64,000 bases of DNA, taken from the NCBI RefSeq assembly GCF_002113885.1, contig NW_018408899.1, positions 2,118,278 through 2,182,277 of the forward strand, written 5' to 3'. The position numbers and the translations under genes are program-made. This DNA is from Mizuhopecten yessoensis. Taxonomy: Eukaryota. Shown here piece by piece: positions 9,530 to 23,013 of this stretch. Position 1 is the stretch's first letter. Each line of letters opens with the position of its first letter. The notes beneath the pieces are model-generated. The model was given only the letters and a program-made list of their open reading frames with translations. It did not search any database and was not told where the DNA came from.

Positions 9530-12500
9530 ATGGCTGGCATCAGAGGTAAACAGCAAGTGCTCTGTCATATTTATCATTTAATGTTTATGCGTTGCAAACT
9601 TTACGATTTCAGAAGCACGTGCCTTTTGTTTGTTAGCTTTCATTATTAATATATGATGTTCGTCGATTTTGACGATTGGTTAAACAGATTTTGAAATGTT
9701 TTATGTTGGTTTTCAAACAAGTCGGATGAGTGACAGGTAGACTCACCGTAGAGTCACAAGAGATATACCTGCTATAGAATGTCTGTCACATGAGAGCATT
9801 AGTCATAAAAAACATTTTTTCATAGATATTTTATGAAAATTGTGTATATACCTTATACAAATACAAGTTTTTCTTCTATGATAGATTTTCCTTTTTCCAT
9901 CAGAAAGAGAAATAACAATTTTTTGCACATTTGAAGATAAAATACTGCTACTATTGTGTACTAACTAGATCTGTTTTGTACATGTTTATGTGTATATTAC
10001 CTGGTGAATCTTACTATATGAACACCGACAGCTTTCAAGACTTATGATGCAAGGTTTAAAAACAACATTTTCGTTGAAATCAACGAGTCGTGTTGTTACT
10101 CAACTGATCAAATTGATGGATTTGAAAAGCGCATAGAAAATTTCAAACATTACATGATAACATGGCATCATTCTTTTGTTGTTTGGTTCGAAGTTTTTCT
10201 GGAAATCCAGTCGAACATTATGAGGATATTTGTTTGGGGTTTCACGTCTTTGCAACAGCTACAGTCATTTGATTCGACAGGTTCTAAGGAGACACAGGAA
10301 AATATAGAGATCCGAAGTGTTGTAAAAGGGCACGGAATTATGTTATCTAAGTCCGTGAATAGGGTCAGCAGATCAATTTAGTTTTCTGCATTGAAAAATC
10401 AATGTCCCATTAAGCAGAATTAAGATGTAGAAAAAACCTGATTCTGCAGGGGGCCCCATGCATATATAGCGCAACACACATACCTCCATACACAGAGTTA
10501 TCACCCTTTCTTTCAGATATATTTTTAAAACAAGTTTAAAACAACTCTTCAGATAGTCATTTTGGCTATAAAAGCTCAATATCCATCTTTATAAAGCTCT
10601 GTACTGCACCTAACTAATGAGTCATTACAGGTACTGTTAATATAACGCATCCTTGAAATTTAATTCAAGGGGTTATGCTCACTTACGTTCTCAGCCCCTG
10701 GAATATATCATGTCAAAATAGAAGTCTCGTTGTGTGCCACCTTAAGGATGATACAAGAAGACCAATTTCATCCTTCAATGTGTGTCAAAAGTGTCGTTGG
10801 ACAGTGTAACAGTAAAACTGACTGTCTTTGATGTCGGCTGTCACTCCTCTAGATCTAACTGTCAATTCAGATGATAGGTATATCAGCCTAGCAATTGGCC
10901 AGGCTTTTTTTCCCCCTGAAACCAATCAAATAGCTAGCTGTGTGCCTTCAATTTTGCCATGACATATTCAGGGGTTGCAGAGAACATACTGTAAGTGTGC
11001 ATTACTCCTGGAATTTTGAGGATGACGTAAACATGATAGGTAACCAAGGCAACCAGATAGGTAGCTTGCTATATAAACATCATAATGCAGCAGCTGGTTC
11101 ATTGCCATTTTCCCAGTTCTATGTTTGATTTGTATACTAACGTGCTATAAATCAATATTTTATGAAACTATAAAGCAGCAGTAATTTATACAAATTGTTT
11201 TAAGTTTTCAATGTCGATATAGATACCTAATAAGATATGTATTTTTTTGCGGATTGTATGTAATTTGTCTCCATATAACCATTTAAATATAAAATGAAGT
11301 ATTTAAAAATCTTGCTTCCTACTTACCCTAAGCATAATTTATGAACTGAAAGCAGAAACTCAATAACTCTCATGGTTGACCAAACCAAAAGTGGAGACAA
11401 CAAATATACGTGTATACGATTAGTATATTTATGTAGTCTTTGATGAAACAAACAAATAATTCATTAATTACAACTAAAATTAATCATGCAATTAGAATCG
11501 AGAGACACATGGATGCAAATCTTCATAACTTATAATAAGCTTAAATTTACAACTAAGGCAACATTTTTACTGTGTGATTCTTTCAAGGATTAAAAAGAGT
11601 TCAAGATTATCAATGAAAATTTTATGTTTTTTGGTGTTATAGATATTTTTTTTATTTAAATTGGGTGCAATTAAACTAAATTGTTGTTCTTTTTTTATTT
11701 TTCATTCATGTCAATTCCATCCTGTCAACAAACAGCGTAAGTATTTATTATCTTTAATTCCAATCAGACTTCTTTGTTAGCTTAGCATTCTTTTCTTAAA
11801 AGAAATATGACATTAAACTGAATAATTATTTCCCCTTAAGTAGTTACTACAGTTATGCTAACAATTTTCACCAATTTCTTGATTTTAACTCAAGAACATT
11901 TCTTTATGATAAAATCTTTTTGACAGAAATTGAATACACAATTGGTCTTTTAAAACTAAAGACTTAGATATTCATCATCAGGGATAATTCAAAAATTGAC
12001 TAAATTTCTTAATACTGGTAAGGTTTCTTTTCTTCTATCCTGTCAGTATGACTCAATATAGATGTTGTTATCTTGCATTTGGTGTTAATTGATCTACTTT
12101 CTCATTGTGATGCTAATGCCTTAATTATTTTCCAGGTTGATAAGCCTTGCATTTGCAGCTGCGATAGGTATCACATTTTTGGTGTTAGGATGTGCCCTCC
12201 CACAGTTCAAGTAAGAATAATCTGATCTAACATAAATACATTTGTGTGTCAAGCTTATTTTTAACATTATCTAAAATTGTTGAATGAATTACAGGTATAC
12301 TGGTACATTAATTTATACCAGACATGTGTGTTTCTTGTGTGTAAAATTATATGTATCTTAAAGGCAAAAAGTTCTCTGAACAGCCCTAGGAATACCAACT
12401 CGAGCCATTGTAATTTCAAAGTAGAACAATATATGATATGTACCTTTGACTTTACACTCTTGGATTGTTATATATTATGAATTGGGAAATATCACAAAAA

Positions 12501-15332
12501 AATATTTGTTATTATAAGTATTGAGTAAACTTTTAAATAGAATTTCCACAAAATATCAAACCAAACTAAACCATAACTGTGAAAGCATTTAATGATGATA
12601 TCAAAGTTTTACTTTCTACACAAACAATGTACGTATTAAATGTGTCGCAACGTTTCAAGACCGACGGGTCCCTTTGTCAAGCTATGACTGAGTGAGCCAT
12701 TTAATGGTGTTTTGGTTTCTTTACAGCAATTGGTGGCCCCTGTTTGTGCTGTTTTTCTACATCCTGGCCCCTCTGCCGATGACCCTGTCCAAGCGATGTA
12801 TGAACTCATTTGACTCGTCCAGTAGTGCCTGTTTAGAAATGGCTATCTTTGTTACTACAGGGATAGTTGTGTCATCGATGGGGTTACCATTGGTATTGGC
12901 ACATGTCAGTGTGGTAAGTATTAGGTACATTAAAAAAGTTGAAAAATTAAGGCTACAAATATGCTAATTCCATGTTGGTCAAGTAATCGGACTTAGTCCT
13001 AATGATATTTTGTTCGTTTGTTTATGTTTAACGGCCCATCGACGGCTGTGGTCATTTAGGGCCACCTAATGATATCAATGGCCCTAATGATATCATTGGG
13101 CCAATATGGCATTATCTAATTAATGACACTTTAATTAATTGTCTTTCTAAAATAGCAGAAAAAGTTATTAATTTTAGTGTTCAAATGTCAGAGCTGCGTT
13201 CAGTTGGCATTCATTTCAGTATTGGTTCATGATCAGTTTGTTTTGTATTGGCCCAGTTGGTCGATAATGGCCAAGTCCTAGCCATATTGGCCCAGTTGGT
13301 CAATAATGGCCCATTCCTAGCCATACTGGCCCAGTTGGTCGATAATGGCCAAGTCCTAGCCATATGGTCCAGTTGGTCGATAATGGCCCATTCCTAGCCA
13401 TATTGGCCCAGTTGGTCGATAATGGCCAAGTCCTAGCCATACTGGCCCAGTTGGTCGATAATGGCCAAGTCTTAGCATTATTGGCCCAGTTGGTCGATAA
13501 TGGCCAAGTCCTAGCCATATTAGGCCAGTTGGTCGATAATGGCCCATTCCTAGCCATACTGGCCCAGTTGGTCGATAATGGCCCAGTCCTAGCTATATTG
13601 GCCCAAATGGTCGATAATGGCCCATTCCTAGCCATACTGGCCCAGTTGGTCGATAATGGCCCAGTCCTAGCCATATTGACTCAGTTTGGGCACAGTTTTC
13701 CCATATTATTATCAAGGTGTGAATAGTAAATTTATTCAATATTACATAAACACGGGTACTATATACATGTAATAATGTAATACATGTAATAATGTAATAC
13801 TTACACATGTAGTATATGATAGGCTTATTAGCCAAGGGCCAGTATGGCAGACCAAGGCCTAATAACTTGGCCAATATGGAATAAGCTTGTAAATAACACT
13901 ATCATATAGGTGTATATGTGGGGTTATTAGTTGTGGGCTAATATAACGGACCATGGCTAATAACTTGGCCTAATAGGGATTAAACTTATTATCAAACCTT
14001 CCTATAGTACAATTATAAAAACTTGTGGCCATGGGTGAAGACTGAGGCCTACTAACTGGGTCAATATTAAATTAGCTGATAAATAACACTTTTATTGATT
14101 AACTTTCTAAAAAAGAAAATTAACCATAATTCAACATATTCCACATTATTTGTTTAGTTGATTTATCCCTATCATGTATGGATAGACATTTTATTTTTTC
14201 ACGCTCCCCTTTATTGTCATTGATTGCCATGAGATTGTGCAGCTTTTCAAATGAAAGTCAGTTTAAGTCACTTTTGATACATGTTGATGACATTGTGTGG
14301 TAATACTTCCAACCCAACATCACCTCTCCTTGGATTTCTACTCCAAATGTCACGTTCAACGAAGAACTTCGAATGTGAAGGCCATTGTATATGTAGATTC
14401 CAGCACCATACCTATTCATTGATGATAACTCTAGAAATGTTAGAATGACAAGGGATGAGTTGGATGGAGCAAATCTTGATATTGATCAAGTTTGTTCTTT
14501 ATTGGCCCAGTTCATCCAATATTGCCTCAGTTTATTGGTGATATTGAGTGGGTATTTTGCCATATTTGTATCACTCCTGTTGTAAATATAAGTATATAGG
14601 CTTAATCGTACAAAAAGAGGAAAATGAAAGGGACTTTGAATACAAAAAGGAAAATACTTGGAATTAACATTAAAATACATCTATATTTCAGAATAAAGAT
14701 CTAGGGTTATCCATCGAAACTTGGAAAAGAAAATGAAGCATGTGTTATCAAAAGCATCTTATAATTAAAGAGTCGCCAAATTAACAAGATCTAGAGGCTA
14801 AAGGAGATTAAACACTTATTTGAGTAATACGGAAACAAACATTTGTTTTAGATGGCAGCCATGATAGCCACCTTTGATTCAGATTGATGATTGGCCAATA
14901 ATTGGTATTGTGTATTTATAATTCTGACAAATTTTCTGCTAAACTGACAAAATTAAACTAGATAAGTGTATTAATAAATTTTCAAGATGGCAGCTGTGGT
15001 AGCCATTTTGGATTCACAATTGAATTGGAGGGAAAAACCCCAGCTTAGTCAGGATTGTACGATATTCATTCTTACAATGTTAAGAATTGTAGAAAGACTA
15101 ACTAGAACATTTGGGAGGAAGAAAAAAAAGAATATTCAGGTTATGAATGTCTTTCAGAGTTTAGAAGTTTTTCCATACCTGGGCCAGATAAGCTAATACA
15201 ATGTTGGTTTATTTTCAGATCCAGTGGGGAGCATGTGCGTTGGTGCTGTCAGCTAACATTGTAGTGTTTTTGACAATTCTTGGCTACTTCTATGTTTTCG
15301 ACAGTGATGACCTTGACTATTCAATGTGGTAA
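9530..15332 (+). CDS. LEPROT: Leptin receptor gene-related protein / endospanin (Vps55 family), 130 aa; exons 9530-9545, 11736 (1 nt), 12136-12210, 12727-12913, 15219-15332
   Basis: Spliced product [48 protein letters not shown]...ACLEMAIFVTTGIVVSSMGLPLVLAH...IQWGACALVLSANIVVFLTILGYFYVFDSDDLDYSMW closely matches LEPROT/LEPROTL1. Splice sites are canonical. An acceptor at 9494 implies an upstream non-coding exon. Confidence 0.95.
13250..13690. repeat. 39-bp minisatellite (~11 copies) in a LEPROT intron
   Basis: Unit GGCCCAGTTGGTCGATAATGGCCAAGTCCTAGCCATATT; the 3n period produces spurious repetitive ORFs. Confidence 0.95.
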
Positions 15333-15819
15333 ATGCCTGGATGCATGTAGAAAACCTCCGCAGATTTGTTAGACAGTCAACAATCAGCTTTTTGCTGGAC
15401 ATGTTAAGTTTTTCCAAGCCATTATCTCTACAGTCCATGATGGATGTCTGTAGTTCTGAAGATTGTATGGTCTCCTGTGGTCAGTTGGAGTTGCCAGAAT
15501 AAATACAATCAAATGAGAATCTCCCTGACATCAGCAATATTAATATATTTCTTTTAGTTAAATATAACATGCAGGAGGGTTTTAGAACTTACAATTTCTC
15601 GAGGAACCTTCATGATATTCTTGATACAGTAATGCTATGAAGCCAACCTATTTTATCATAAGAGGATATACAATACCTCTACAGTTATAAAACTTTAAAA
15701 AAACACTTTAAAATAAACTGATTATTATTTCTGTATTACAGTATCATAATTTTTGTTTATCTTACCATAGTTTGTTAATAATCAACTTGATTAAAATTCA
15801 TTTAATGTATAGTACATAT

Positions 15820-16232
15820 ATTTCCTCTATAGTATATATATTTACTGTATAGCAATTATATTTACTTTACAGCATTTAAATTACTGTAATACATATTTAC
15901 TGTAAAGCACTTATATCTACTGTAAAGTAATTTTATTTACTGTAATAGCACATGCATTTACTGCATAGTATTTAAATTCTCTGTATATAGCACTCATGTT
16001 TACTGTATGGTACTTATATTTACTGTTTAGTACTTATGTTTACTGTATGGAACTTATATTTACTGTTTAGTACTTATGTTTACTGTATGGTACTTATATT
16101 TACTGTTTAGTACATATAGTAATTATAGTTACTGTATTCTAAATATAATACCTATATTTACTGTATATATTTACTGTATAGTACGTATATTTACTGTATG
16201 GGACTTATATTTACTGTATGGGACTTATATTT
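15820..16232. repeat. Degenerate ~20-bp tandem repeat
   Basis: Unit approximately TACTTATATTTACTGTATGG. Confidence 0.8.
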
Positions 16233-16514
16233 CATAGAGGTTTTATTTTTGCTATAATTGTGACCTAAACATTTACTCAGTACATAAACCAAACAAATGT
16301 CTTGCCTTCTGATAGATGATTAGTTATGATATATATATTAACCAGCTTAAGTGTTGCATGAAATTTATACCCTGAAAATTTGTTCCAGGAACAAAAATGT
16401 GTATTTTTGACCTCATGAAATTAAAGTGCTATACAGTAATACAAAAATTGTATATTTCCTTATGTGACGCTTTAAATTTATTGTTCGTTTTGTTAAATGG
16501 TCAGCACAAGGCTT

Positions 16515-17785
16515 GTTTAGTTTCAGTACACAGACATGTACTGGTATGATATTGTGCTGTTTCAGTACACCGACATGTACCGGTATGATATTGTGCTGTT
16601 TAGTTTCAGTACACAGACATGTACCGGTATGATATTGTGCTGTTTAGTTTCAGTACACAGACATGTACCGGTATGATATTGTGCTGTTTAGTTTCAGTAC
16701 ACCGACATGTACCGGTATGATATTGTGCTGTTTAGTTTCAGTACACCGACATGTACCGGTATGATATTGTGCTGTTTAGTTTCAGTACACCGACATGTAC
16801 CGGTATGATATTGTGCTGTTTAGTTTCAGTACACCGACATGTACCGGTATGATATTGTGCTGTTTAGTTTCAGTACACCGACATGTACCGGTATGATATT
16901 GTGCTGTTTAGTTTCAGTACACCGACATGTACCGGTATGATATTGTGCTGTTTAGTTTCAGTACACCGACATGTACCGGTATGATATTGTGCTGTTTAGT
17001 TTCAGTACACCGACATGTACCGGTATGATATTGTGCTGTTTAGTTTCAGTACACCGACATGTACCGGTATGATATTGTGCTGTTTAGTTTCAGTACACCG
17101 ACATGTACCGGTATGATATTGTGCTGTTTAGTTTCAGTACACCGACATGTACCGGTATGATATTGTGCTGTTTAGTTTCAGTACACCGACATGTACCGGT
17201 ATGATATTGTGCTGTTTAGTTTCAGTACACCGACATGTACCGGTATGATATTGTGCTGTTTAGTTTCAGTACACCGACATGTACCGGTATGATATTGTGC
17301 TGTTTAGTTTCAGTACACCGACATGTACCGGTATGATATTGTGCTGTTTAGTTTCAGTACACCGACATGTACCGGTATGATATTGTGCTGTTTAGTTTCA
17401 GTACACCGACATGTACCGGTATGATATTGTGCTGTTTAGTTTCAGTACACCGACATGTACCGGTATGATATTGTGCTGTTTAGTTTCAGTACACCGACAT
17501 GTACCGGTATGATATTGTGCTGTTTAGTTTCAGTACACCGACATGTACCGGTATGATATTGTGCTGTTTAGTTTCAGTACACCGACATGTACCGGTATGA
17601 TATTGTGCTGTTTAGTTTCAGTACACCGACATGTACCGGTATGATATTGTGCTGTTTAGTTTCAGTACACCGACATGTACCGGTATGATATTGTGCTGTT
17701 TAGTTTCAGTACACAGACATGTACCGGTATGATATTGTGCTGTTTAGTTTCAGTACACAGACATGTACCGGTATGATATTGTGCT
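16515..17785. repeat. 44-bp near-perfect minisatellite (~29 copies)
   Basis: Unit GTTTAGTTTCAGTACACCGACATGTACCGGTATGATATTGTGCT. Confidence 0.97.
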
Positions 17786-18717
17786 AATTATATTTCAGCA
17801 CACTTTACAGGCATGGTTAAGTGCTGCTTACTAGAATACTGAACTGAATTAGTAGGATTTAGTACACATTTCTGGTTTGATAGGGCTATTGTGTATTTTG
17901 TATGTAATATCATAATGTAGTAGGTGTCACTATTATGGTAGTACTAGTGCTGCTATTATATTTTAACATCAATTATACATCATGATTTTATTATATATAT
18001 GTGGCAAGTACTGTAATTATGTATTATGTTTTAGCAAACATTACTCGTAAAACTGTGCTATTTAGCACGTATCACTTGTAATATTGAGCAATTATAATTT
18101 AGCACACAATATCTGTTTTTCGTGCATTGTTAACGCATCAATATGTTAGCATGATAAGATGTCTGGGAAAATACGTATACCCTTTTATTCAGTAAAGTGG
18201 TCCGTTTGATTGCCCTCCTTTAAGATGGCTGAGAATTTACAGGAACATAAAAAAGATCAAAGGTAAAATATGAATGTTTAGGGTAAACAAGTGATCAGGT
18301 AGTATAAGTGTTGTTTGTACTAACTAACTTGAAGGAAAGTAATGTATTAAACACAACAGTTGGTATTAAAATCAAAAGCCAATTTTGTACATATATCTGT
18401 AAGATTTTGTTTGTGTACGTCTTGTGAAAATGTCTTCGATGTCAAAGAACAAGAGTTTTTTATAAATCTATATTTGTACTTTCATGGTGTATGATAATCA
18501 GAATACATGTACATAGTGTCGATTCTGCCATCAACACATATGAGACACAAATAAATAACTAAAGTAACGTCAGTTGTTTTTTTAAGTAGTGTACCGTTGA
18601 ATTTTTTTGTGCTCAGCAGAAATCAATGACAGCGTTTCAGAATTAAGGCTTGGTTAGACCTTTTTACCTTTATAAGTAAATTATTTGACATTTTATATAT
18701 ACATCTGCTCATGTATG

Positions 18718-18808
18718 TTAACCCTTTCACCCCTATGCAACTTTAGTAAACTCTACCATGCATTGATCTGGATGAGTCCATTTTGGTCTACAGTGGTGAA
18801 AGGGTTAA
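18718..18808 (+). mobile_element. ~90-bp piggyBac-type MITE (TTAA-CCCTTTCACC...GGTGAAAGGG-TTAA)
   Basis: TTAA on both sides, CCC/GGG termini. Related copies at 30896-30985, 60622-60712, 63200-63290 and a degenerate one at ~20177-20265. Confidence 0.8.
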
Positions 18809-19132
18809 GACTGTCAATATTGTGTATCATATTGTATAGCCCTCTTGCTTTTGTATTCAAAACAATTTGTTAATTAAATGGTCAAAATTCGGACATTTCT
18901 ATACATGTTGAAGTGATGCCATTGAGTTTCCATTTACACCAATACAACATGTACATGTAATTAAATCAAACTCTCTTATAGATAATACACATACATTGTA
19001 CTATAGATTAACATATTGTAATAAATACAATACATTGTACTTTAAATACAAAACATTGTACTTTAAATACAAAACATTGTACTAGATTTAATTTGGTTAA
19101 AATACAATGTATTAAACTATATACAATGTATT

Positions 19133-19220
19133 TGTAACAGAACTGGACCACGTCCTTGACCAGGTAGCTCAATGGAAGAGCCTCCGTCTAGAGTGGTTTG
19201 AACCCCAGTCTCCTTTTACA
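19133..19220 (+). mobile_element. Solo tRNA-derived LTR with 4-bp TSD (TATT)
   Basis: TATT|TGTAACAGAACTGGAC...TAGCTCAATGG...GGTTTGAACCCC...TTTTACA|TATT; similar to the LTRs at 34763-35138. Confidence 0.7.
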
Positions 19221-20619
19221 TATTTATATATACAGTACATTGTAATACATGTATAATTCACTAATACAATATGATGTAATATAGATACAATACAGTGTAC
19301 GATAGATACATACGTCATTGTACGTTCAATAGAAACTTCAATTTTACCTCACAAGTAATGTATATATGTAATGCATTGCACTTATAATATTACAATACAA
19401 TATTAAATTTTTCATAAAAATAGTACTTTGTAATAAGAGTAAGAATTTAACAGCATGTACAAGATGGTCATATGGAAGATACAGTACCTGTATATATATA
19501 AAAAAAAATCAATACATAGTTGATTTGTAGAGTAACAGGAATATGAATCCTGTCAATCAAGTATTAAGTTGTTTGTGTATGTATCTATAGAAAATTAGCC
19601 GATGGTACTATTTCTCACTGTGTATACGTCAGTGGTCTGTCGAAATACACAGCACTAACACTCCCAGAACACCATATAAGGAGGCAGTACCCAAATCGGA
19701 TCACTTTTTGCAAAAATACTTATGAATAAATAAATGGGTCAACAGATCAGTTATAACAATGATTTAGTCTTAGAATAGATAGCCATGCACCATTTTTTGT
19801 TTACAGATGATTAGTTTTTAAGTTCAAATAGCACAAGAAAACGTAATTCAAACTCAAATGTCAGTGTTTGGTAATGTTTTTAAAAAATGGTGTGTGCGAC
19901 GACTATGCATTCTGTTTTGGACTATAGGAATAAATTCACACTATAGAAATACTTTGTGTCTAATAAATTCTAAAAGTCATCATAAAATGTTAATTTGCTA
20001 ACAAAACAATATTCATTTGAAGCGTAAGATACTGCAAAATTCAATCCTTGATCCGATATGGGTCCTGACATTCGCAAAAAACGTTTCTCCTTACTAAATA
20101 GGTATGTTTGTCAGTGTATTGTTCAAAGATCACTATACTCCTCCCTACATTAATGTAGTATTGTGATACTCTCATTGACTCATTCACCCCTACATATCCA
20201 AACTGGACTTGCCCAGTCTTTGATTTAGTTAGGTTCAAATGAGACTTTAGGGGTGAATGGGTTAAGTATTGGTATATATTTTCCTTTCTTTTATTTTGAG
20301 GAAGGCATAAGGGCAGACTATTTCTTATTTAATTGGTCTTCTTTCAATAATTTTCTTTTGATAAACATATTTCACTTTTCTTGACGGAAGAATCAGCATG
20401 GAAAAATCTAAGCAGTACCTGCAAATAACCTATATTTTAAAAAAAATGGTAGCCTAAGTGCCAAAGTGTTTTCTATAAAATAAATTAAGGACATTTTGGT
20501 GAAAAGCAAATTATAGGAAAATCTTTTGTTGTGTACAGTAAAAAAATATGAGTGCAAAAATTGGGAGCATCTGTCCAAAATAAAGTGACTTGGAAACAAT
20601 TGACCTTCTAGATATATTT

Positions 20620-20852
20620 CTAATATTTGATTGAAATTGTATCTGACATCTTGATAAGACGTCAAAGGCAGAGCAGTCTTTTGGGATCGACACCGATATG
20701 TTGGACACATGTTCTCCGTTTGTTCCCACCAGGACTCATACATAACTCTTAAATTTCAGTAGATCATCCTGTATTACACTTCATTGGTGAAGGGAGCTAT
20801 TTGTGTATGCAATTAATCGGTTAACATCATCACCATCTGTTAGCATGTGATC
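20620..20852 (-). pseudogene. Stop-interrupted exon-like segment resembling a transcobalamin/intrinsic-factor beta (DUF4430-like) domain
   Basis: After a TACAG acceptor it reads DHMLTDG...LHQ*SVIQDDLLKFKSYV*VLVGTNGEHVSNISVSIPKDCSAFDVLSRCQ. Resemblance judged by eye only. Confidence 0.3.
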
Positions 20853-23013
20853 CTGTACAGTTAAAAAAAATATAGTTACTTCCATTAGAAGACCAGTTTT
20901 TAATCAGAGTATTTGTGAAAATTTTAAAAAGGTGAAAAATACTTGATGTTGTCAAAGACAATGTCATTAAATAATCTGATAAATAAGTGTGATTCTGGGT
21001 ATGCAGGACTGAACTTCTTTTGTATAATTTATTTAAAAAAAAAAAAAAAAAAATATGGGATTTTTTGGACTTACTTATAAGAGATTCGATTCTGCAGGTA
21101 TTACAATAAGCAGATTACCATGGATTTGTAGATGATCACACTTTGTATTCAGTGATAGTCATGAACAATCATCGTCTCGTTCTTGCATACCTGAAATTTC
21201 AGGTCAACAGTCGTGAAAAGATAGAATGCTAGCAACTCACTACATATAGCCAGTGCAATAACCTTTTTATACTTATGTGTGTATATAGTGTATATAGTAT
21301 TACATACACACAGTTCTGGTAACGAAATATTTCATAGTGGATGAAGTAGTGTTTCAGTGGTATCAAGACAGTAGTTCTGATTCCTGTACACCGAATTGTC
21401 TTGCTGAATTCTGGAAATTATTATTAACCTTTGACTAACATCAAAATAAATATTAAATATGAATACCTGTTGGTACTTGCTGTCTAACCTACTCTAGTCT
21501 TTTGGTAGTATCTTTCAAGGCACCTCCGAGTCCTTTCTCATAAAAATGTGACCCAGTTTAGGTGTCGTACTACGCATATGTCCGGGTTATAATATTGTAG
21601 TGTGATGATACTAAAATGAGGACCTTGATTGACCTACCGGTAATCATTCGTGGACGTTGTCTTTATATTCATTATTTTTCACAGATAAGAATTTACTCCT
21701 CACCACATCTGCTCTAGATTGAAGCTATTTAAAGCTATTACTTGATCATATTGGCAATATCATCCACTCTCACTATTGTTATTAATAAATCATAAGTCTA
21801 TTATGATATATGATGGACACAGGCTTTTCAGCCTCTTTTTTTCAATGTTCATCCTAAAGGATTTCTATTTATTTAAATTTTGAGGAATCATAGACATGTT
21901 GCAGTCAATTATTCCATACGTCTAAAATTCTAAAGCTGAAGAACAACTTTTTGAAAACATTTTTTGAGAATGACCTACTGGTAGACTACAATGATTACTT
22001 TGTCTGCTATACTTCTGTAAGCCACTTGTTTTGAAAATTTTGAGAATGAGATAAAAAAAAATACTGAAATATTAATTGATGACAAATTCATATTGTAACT
22101 TGAATGATATGTAATCTACCAACTTCAGTAACCAAGGGTTACCAGGTATTAATGGATCGTGACCCAAGGCTAGCAAAGATGGTTATCAACTTTTATAATT
22201 TAGAGGATATCAGATATTCATTTTTTTTGTTCATGAGTTACTGTAAAGATATACAAATGTACAATTATAAAAACTTTCTAATATTGTGTAAATTGATCCA
22301 AAGGTACAGATACAGAGTTGATCAGTATTCACATAAAAAACGTAGAGCAACCTTCCTATTTCATTTATTTGGATCCAGATATTGATTTAGTCTGATTGTC
22401 ATACTTTATTTGCCATTGTTATTTTGCTTTTGTTTTGTTACAAGCAAGACCTTTGATGTACTAATTATTTATTTGTACATAATAAATGTCTTTCTAAACA
22501 AAATGTTGTTTTGTTTTATTTTCAGTAAAAGGTTGTTATAATGCCACCGACTAAAATTTTGGCAATATGACAGTATATTGAAGGAGACATGAAGCTAAAT
22601 TATAGTACAACTTTATAATTGCCACACTGTCCTGCTGAACATTGGCATTACATAGACAGTATTTTAAGACAGACAAGAAGACTTTAAGGATAGTAGAACT
22701 TGTTAAATTGCCACCATATGTTCAGCTGAAGTTTTGAATTACAAAGAGTTTTTTGAGGTAGACATGAAGCTAAATTATAGAAGACCTAATGCGACTGTTT
22801 ATCCAGCAGAATTTCGACACTAGAAAGACAGTATATAGAAGGAGAAATGAAGCTCAAGTTTAGTAGTAGTTCTTTATACTATTAATGCCACTATGTTCAG
22901 CTGAATTTTTGCATTAGGAAGTCAGCATACATGGTACCCTTAGATATTGAAGAAAAATCTTTTGTAATAGACAAGGGTAATAAATTTGACCACTGTGACT
23001 TTGAATCAAGCTA

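Noticed and set aside
13300-13874. Repetitive ORFs on both strands
   Set aside because: Artefacts of a 39-bp (3n) intronic minisatellite.
16515-17785. CRISPR-like array
   Set aside because: Contiguous tandem units with no unique spacers, in a eukaryotic context with no cas genes. The same applies to the 34-, 38- and 61-bp arrays.
19616-19634. Third P-like footprint CACTGTGTATACGTCAGTG
   Set aside because: Short hairpin with no flanking direct repeat.
20620-20852. Selenoprotein interpretation of two in-frame TGA codons
   Set aside because: No Cys-like redox context or recognisable SECIS; neighbouring segments also contain TAA/TAG stops, so decay is more likely.
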